DNA from: an uncultured candidate division Zixibacteria bacterium
Lineage (GTDB): Bacteria > Zixibacteria > MSB-5A5 > UBA10806
Length of the DNA stretch: 64,000 nucleotides
NCBI GenBank assembly: GCA_963817915.1
Contig: CAWFQL010000017.1
Span: 96,001-160,000 of the forward strand
Reading direction: 5' to 3'
Below, in pieces: positions 59,524 to 64,000 of the stretch (positions are counted from its first letter, which is position 1; every line of letters begins with the position of its first letter). The position numbers and the translations under genes are program-made. Under the pieces are notes generated by a model. The model saw only the letters and a program-made list of their open reading frames with translations. It did no database searches and was not told the DNA's origin.

Positions 59524-61221
59524 ATGAATGACAAAATAAAAGATCTTCAGTCGGCCGCAATCGGCAAAAAACCGTGGTTTCTGGGATTAAGAATCCTCAC
59601 GACCCTTTTTCTGCTGGGTTCAAGCCTTGTCTTCCTAAATCCTATAACATTCAATTACGCCCTGCTGATAATATACAGCTCATTGACCCTGATACTCCTA
59701 TTGCATAACCTGATCGGAATCCGATATTCGGAATCATTTGTCCGATCCTTGCTGATAGTTCAAATTGCCTGCGAATTGATCATAGAAGGGTTATTGGTCA
59801 ATCATGTCGGCGCCAATTTTTCGCCATTCATCTTATTCTTCCTGATTACGATAGTTACTGCCGGACTTTTATTCCATTTGATGGGCTCCATTATAGTTGC
59901 GACATTGGCAGGACTACTCTATTCAATGCCGATATTCTTCGATTTGTCCGCAATATTCCAGGGCTTATTGGAAGCCACAAGGCTTACTGGTATGGGAGTC
60001 TCATCCGATGAGGCATTCTATACGGTATTCTTGCATCTATGCCTTTTCTATTTCTTCGCCTTTATTTCTGGATATATGACCGAAAGACTGTTTTTCACAT
60101 CGCAGGAGCTCAATAAAGTCCGTTTGGAAACCAATGAAATTATCGAACAGATGATTTCCGGTCTCATGACAGTCGATGCTAATGGCCGCATAATCTATTT
60201 TAATAATGCGGCAGGTGAAATTTTTGGCATCAACCCCGAATCCGCAAGGGGCGGCAATATCAATGACATCTTTTCGGATGGCCTCAAAGATTTCCTTATA
60301 AAGATTCGAATCGCTCTCGAGACGGGTCAACATGAGACTAGGGGTGAGGTTCAGGTGCGTTTGCCCGATAGAGGCATAATTCCAATCGGTCTGTCTTTTT
60401 CGCCATTGAAAGATGGCAGCGGCATTTTGAGAGGTGTCATTGCAATTTTTCAGGACCTGAGTGAGGCTAAGAAATTGGATGCTCGAATAAGGGCGTCGGA
60501 GAGATTGGCCGCCGTTGGACGATTAGCCGCGGGTATAGCGCATGAAATCAGGAATCCATTGGCTTCGATTTCCGGATCAGTAGAAGTTTTAAAAGATGAG
60601 CTACAGCCGACCGGTGACAATCTTCGCCTGATGCAATTAATTCTAAAAGAATCCTCTCGATTGAATACAATTCTGACTGATTTTTTGAATTTTTCTCGTG
60701 TCTCCAAAACATCATCGAGCAAGTGCGATCTTGTTTCCGTGATTTCCGAAGTTATCGGACTGGTTAAGGTCAATCATCAGGTAAATGATTCCATTCTTAT
60801 CTCATCAAATATTCATAGGCAGCCGATTATTGTCTCCGGCAGCGAAGATCAATTGAAGCAAATTCTCTGGAATCTGATTCTCAATTCAGCACAGGCATTG
60901 GGTGCTAGTGGACAGATTAAAATTTCAACAGCCGATAGTCTGGAAATCGGCAGGCCGAAAATGGTTAAATTGATTGTATCTGATACCGGATCCGGCATTC
61001 CCGAAGGGTTGATGGATAAGATTTTCGATCCCTTCTTCTCCACAAAGCAAGATGGCACCGGCCTGGGTCTTTCTATAGTGGCCAGAATTATCGATTGTCT
61101 TGATGGCAAAATCGAGGTGGAATCATCCTCCGATAATGGGACTAAATTCTCTATATTTCTCCCCTTAGCGGCATCTAATGAAAAGAAATCTATTGTACTG
61201 CAAGAAGTTGGCTCGGGATAG
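59524..61221 (+). CDS. pilS: PilS-like sensor histidine kinase (multi-TM, PAS, HisKA, HATPase)
   Basis: ~6 TM helices with FSPF loop, PAS, AHEIRNPL, N/G1/F/G2 boxes; follows pilBTC. Confidence 0.8.
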   Translation: MNDKIKDLQSAAIGKKPWFLGLRILTTLFLLGSSLVFLNPITFNYALLIIYSSLTLILLLHNLIGIRYSESFVRSLLIVQIACELIIEGLLVNHVGANFSPFILFFLITIVTAGLLFHLMGSIIVATLAGLLYSMPIFFDLSAIFQGLLEATRLTGMGVSSDEAFYTVFLHLCLFYFFAFISGYMTERLFFTSQELNKVRLETNEIIEQMISGLMTVDANGRIIYFNNAAGEIFGINPESARGGNINDIFSDGLKDFLIKIRIALETGQHETRGEVQVRLPDRGIIPIGLSFSPLKDGSGILRGVIAIFQDLSEAKKLDARIRASERLAAVGRLAAGIAHEIRNPLASISGSVEVLKDELQPTGDNLRLMQLILKESSRLNTILTDFLNFSRVSKTSSSKCDLVSVISEVIGLVKVNHQVNDSILISSNIHRQPIIVSGSEDQLKQILWNLILNSAQALGASGQIKISTADSLEIGRPKMVKLIVSDTGSGIPEGLMDKIFDPFFSTKQDGTGLGLSIVARIIDCLDGKIEVESSSDNGTKFSIFLPLAASNEKKSIVLQEVGSG

Positions 61222-61260
61222 TGCCTTAGCAAAAAAAATCCGCTAAATTATATTTTTTTC

Positions 61261-61289
61261 TTGACGATTGAACATATGAACAGTATATT
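61261..61289 (+). promoter_or_regulatory. lexA promoter with candidate operator
   Basis: TTGACG-17 nt-TATATT enclosing TGAACATATGAACA. Confidence 0.55.
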
Positions 61290-61384
61290 TCTATGCAGGG
61301 TACAAATATTTAGTGCTGGGGAGCGATAAATAGCCGGATGAACTATATGGGAATACAAAAACATCAATATACAGGAGGGATGTC

Positions 61385-62012
61385 ATGGCCAAAGACTTGA
61401 CAGCCAGGCAAAGAGAAATCTTCGAATTTATCAGGGAAATGGTACGAGGCAAGGGCAGACCGCCATCGATCAGGGAGATCGGCGAACAGTTTAAAATCCG
61501 TTCTACAAATGGTGTCAGAGCGGTACTGGAAGCGTTGGAACGAAAAGGGTATATCAAAAGAGACCGTTACACTTCGCGCGGTATTGAGCTTCTAAAAGAG
61601 ACTGTGGACAGCCTGACGTCGCAACGGTTCCGCGAGATATTCTGGGTTGGACGGGTTGCCGCCGGTTCGCCTATCTGGGCAGAGGAAAATATCGAAGGCA
61701 GTTTCTTGCTCGATAGTGAATTTATCCCCGGCGAGGAGGTTTTCTCGCTCAAGGTTCAGGGGAATTCGATGATCGATGCCGGTATTTTCGATGGCGATTT
61801 CGTGCTTGTTAAAAAGCAGCAGTCGGCCGATCCCGGCGATGTCATCGTGGCGCAAATCGGCGATGAGGCCACTGTCAAAAAGTTCTTTCCTGAGAAACGG
61901 CGAATCCGTCTCGAACCAGCCAATCCCGAATACGGCCCGATAATCGTGGAAAAGGAAACCCCAGGCTTTTGCCATTGCGGGCAAGGTCATCGGATTGTTG
62001 AGGAGGATGTGA
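61385..62012 (+). CDS. lexA: SOS repressor LexA; C-terminus shifted by an extra T at 61967-61970
   Basis: LTARQ, PPSIREI, GRVAAG cleavage site, GNSM (Ser), ATVK (Lys); removing one T restores AIAGKVIGLLRRM*. Confidence 0.93.
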
Positions 62013-62205
62013 GGCAGTTTGATGATGTTGGAAAATAAAAATGTATCGAAAAAAAACCTGCAAATTTGATCTTTCTTATTTGATTTGACGAGCCCAGAGT
62101 TTTTGGATCTTTGAATGCGATCCGGAAAAGACCGCCTATTAAAGTTGGTGAAGTGGTGGATTTGAAAATAACATAATTAAATGTTTTTTCAAACCGTTGA
62201 ATTTT

Positions 62206-62454
62206 ATGTACCAGGATATTGAAGAATCGGTGGATGTCATTGTGATCTTTGAGTCGGGGCGAATGCAGCCGCTCAAATTTCGCTGGAATGGACGATCCAT
62301 CAAAATCAAACAGGTCACCGGCTCGTGGAAATCCGATGTCGGCGCCCATAAAATTCGCTACTTCGCGGTGCTCGATAACTCATCCAATTTTTTCCAGCTC
62401 GCTTACGATGAACGCAATACCTCATGGGTTTTGAATAAAATCTGGGTAGAATAG
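62206..62454 (+). CDS. Small DUF6504-like protein resembling the ImuB C-terminal domain
   Basis: P..FRWNGR...I..V...W...YF.V...F.L.YD....W.L pattern; lies between lexA and dinB. Confidence 0.65.
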   Translation: MYQDIEESVDVIVIFESGRMQPLKFRWNGRSIKIKQVTGSWKSDVGAHKIRYFAVLDNSSNFFQLAYDERNTSWVLNKIWVE

Positions 62455-62460
62455 AATATC

Positions 62461-63660
62461 ATGAACGGCGATCAATGGAAAAATAGCAGGGTTATCATGC
62501 ATCTGGATATGGACGCTTTTTTCGCGGCTATCGAGCAAACAATACATCCGGCATTAAGGGGGAAACCGGTAATAATCGGCGGACCGGCGGATTCCAGGGG
62601 AGTGGTCTCAACCTGCTCCTACGAGGCCAGAAATTACGGTATTCATTCGGCAATGCCGATGAAAAAGGCGCATCAGCTTTGTCCCGATGGCATTTATATC
62701 GATACTTCTGGGGATAAATATTCCTACATGTCAGCAGAAGTGATGAAGATTTTAAGAGCTTTCTCACCCATAGTGGAGCCAGTCTCGATAGACGAGTCAT
62801 TTGTTGATATCACGGGGATATGGGAACGATATGGCGGGATGGAAAAGCTGGCTTTTAGCATCAAAGATGAAATCAGACATAGATTGGATTTGACAGCCTC
62901 GATTGGAATAGCCCCCAATCGATTTGTGGCCAAAATGGCGTCGTCATCGAATAAACCTAATGGACTCGTGATAATCCCTCCAGATCAAGTTCAACAATTT
63001 TTATGGGGTCAGCCGGTAGAGCACCTCTGGGGAGTTGGTCCGAAATCGGCAGAAGCGATGAAGAAATATGGTATTAATACAATCAGCGACCTGGCGAAAA
63101 CATCGAAGGCACAGATGAAAAATATGTTCGGTATAGTCGGTGAGGCGCTTATCGGTATGGCTAACGGTAAGGGAGAGGATAAGGTTAGGGCGAGCCACGA
63201 AGAAGGCGATACCAAATCGATGGGGCATGAACACACATTCCATAGAGATACTAAAGACCCCGATAGAATTCTGAGCCTGCTGCTCTATCTGTCTGATAAA
63301 GTAGCCCGTCGCCTTAGATTACACGATTACGAGGGCAGAACAGTCAATCTGAAAATTCGAAAATCTGATTTCAAGTTAGTTACCCGCGCGATAAGCTACA
63401 ATGTCTATATTAATAACGAACAAGAGATATTCAAGGCGGCTAAAAATCTGCTCTTGGAAAATAGATTTCTCGACCATCCGATCAGGCTTATCGGAGTCAA
63501 TATTTCCAATCTCCGGAAACGGCAGGCTGAAAATTACGATGAATATTTGATTGATTATGAACCGGTGAAAAAATCAAAAAAAATCGACGAAGTAATTGAT
63601 AAATTACGAGAAATTCACGGCGAAGAAGCGATAACTTTCGCCGGGACAAAATTGGATTAA
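62461..63660 (+). CDS. dinB: Y-family DNA polymerase (DinB/Pol IV-like)
   Basis: HLDMDAFFA, SYEAR, SIDES, ASIGIA..RFVAKMAS, WGVG, IRLIGV. Confidence 0.93.
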   Translation: MNGDQWKNSRVIMHLDMDAFFAAIEQTIHPALRGKPVIIGGPADSRGVVSTCSYEARNYGIHSAMPMKKAHQLCPDGIYIDTSGDKYSYMSAEVMKILRAFSPIVEPVSIDESFVDITGIWERYGGMEKLAFSIKDEIRHRLDLTASIGIAPNRFVAKMASSSNKPNGLVIIPPDQVQQFLWGQPVEHLWGVGPKSAEAMKKYGINTISDLAKTSKAQMKNMFGIVGEALIGMANGKGEDKVRASHEEGDTKSMGHEHTFHRDTKDPDRILSLLLYLSDKVARRLRLHDYEGRTVNLKIRKSDFKLVTRAISYNVYINNEQEIFKAAKNLLLENRFLDHPIRLIGVNISNLRKRQAENYDEYLIDYEPVKKSKKIDEVIDKLREIHGEEAITFAGTKLD

Positions 63661-63743
63661 TTTATTCCGATTATCCTTGACTTAATACTCTTATTTCCTA
63701 TTTTCCTCATGGTGATTTTGAACTTATTTTGAGGTGGTAAAAC

Positions 63744-64000
63744 ATGGCGGGAAAGAATGTCTTGGATAAGGAAAAGTTGTTAGTCGATCGATGGCATTTT
63801 TCTACGCGGGCTCGGACATTAAAGAGCTCGATTATAAGAGAAATTCTAAAAGATTCTACCAAACCCGGAGTGATTAATTTGGCCGGCGGTTTGCCAGCCC
63901 CCGAATTATTTCCTATCAACGATATCAAGCAAGCTTGTATTAGAGTTCTTGATAAATATGGTCCTGATTCATTACAGTATAGTCTCACCACCGGTGTACC
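63744..64000 (+). CDS. PLP-dependent aminotransferase, class I/II (LysN-like), truncated by the window end
   Basis: Manual translation: MAGKNV...SSIIREILK...INLAGGLPAPELFP...LQYSLTTG; GAGGT RBS. Confidence 0.85.
   Translation, partial: MAGKNVLDKEKLLVDRWHFSTRARTLKSSIIREILKDSTKPGVINLAGGLPAPELFPINDIKQACIRVLDKYGPDSLQYSLTTGV

Noticed and set aside
107..63991. Many short minus-strand and alternate-frame ORFs in the ORF track (e.g. 37512-38159, 29086-29553, 63707-63991)
   Set aside because: They overlap well-supported + strand genes and have no recognisable motifs; treated as shadow ORFs

Overview
A 64 kb bacterial chromosomal segment in which every credible gene lies on the + strand; no rRNA, tRNA, CRISPR array, integrase or transposase is visible. 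It comes from a diderm organism (LpxL, Omp85, FadL, secretin). An FCB-group candidate phylum such as Zixibacteria is my guess and cannot be confirmed from the sequence. Housekeeping and envelope genes are interleaved with three notable modules. (1) A self-contained type IV pilus cluster, pilA-pilT-three minor pilins-pilMNOPQ-(invasin-like Ig-repeat lipoprotein)-pilB-pilC, followed by tamB/tamA-like genes. (2) A Myxococcus-like polarity locus: comEC-DUF4388-small membrane protein-TPR/roadblock-roadblock-roadblock-mglA-mglB, running into a second pilus motor set pilB-pilT-pilC-pilS. This MglA carries an unusual ~220-aa tail ending in a MinD-like amphipathic helix, and a RomR-like pseudo-receiver gene sits near the window start. 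(3) An SOS-type cassette, lexA-small ImuB-C-like protein-dinB. A sigma28-like motif (TAAA-N15-GTCGAT/GCCGAT) recurs upstream of several polarity and pilus genes. Four genes (M1 peptidase, pilP, pilQ, lexA) are each broken by a single-base indel, most simply explained as assembly errors. All calls come from reading motifs by eye; no database search was run.
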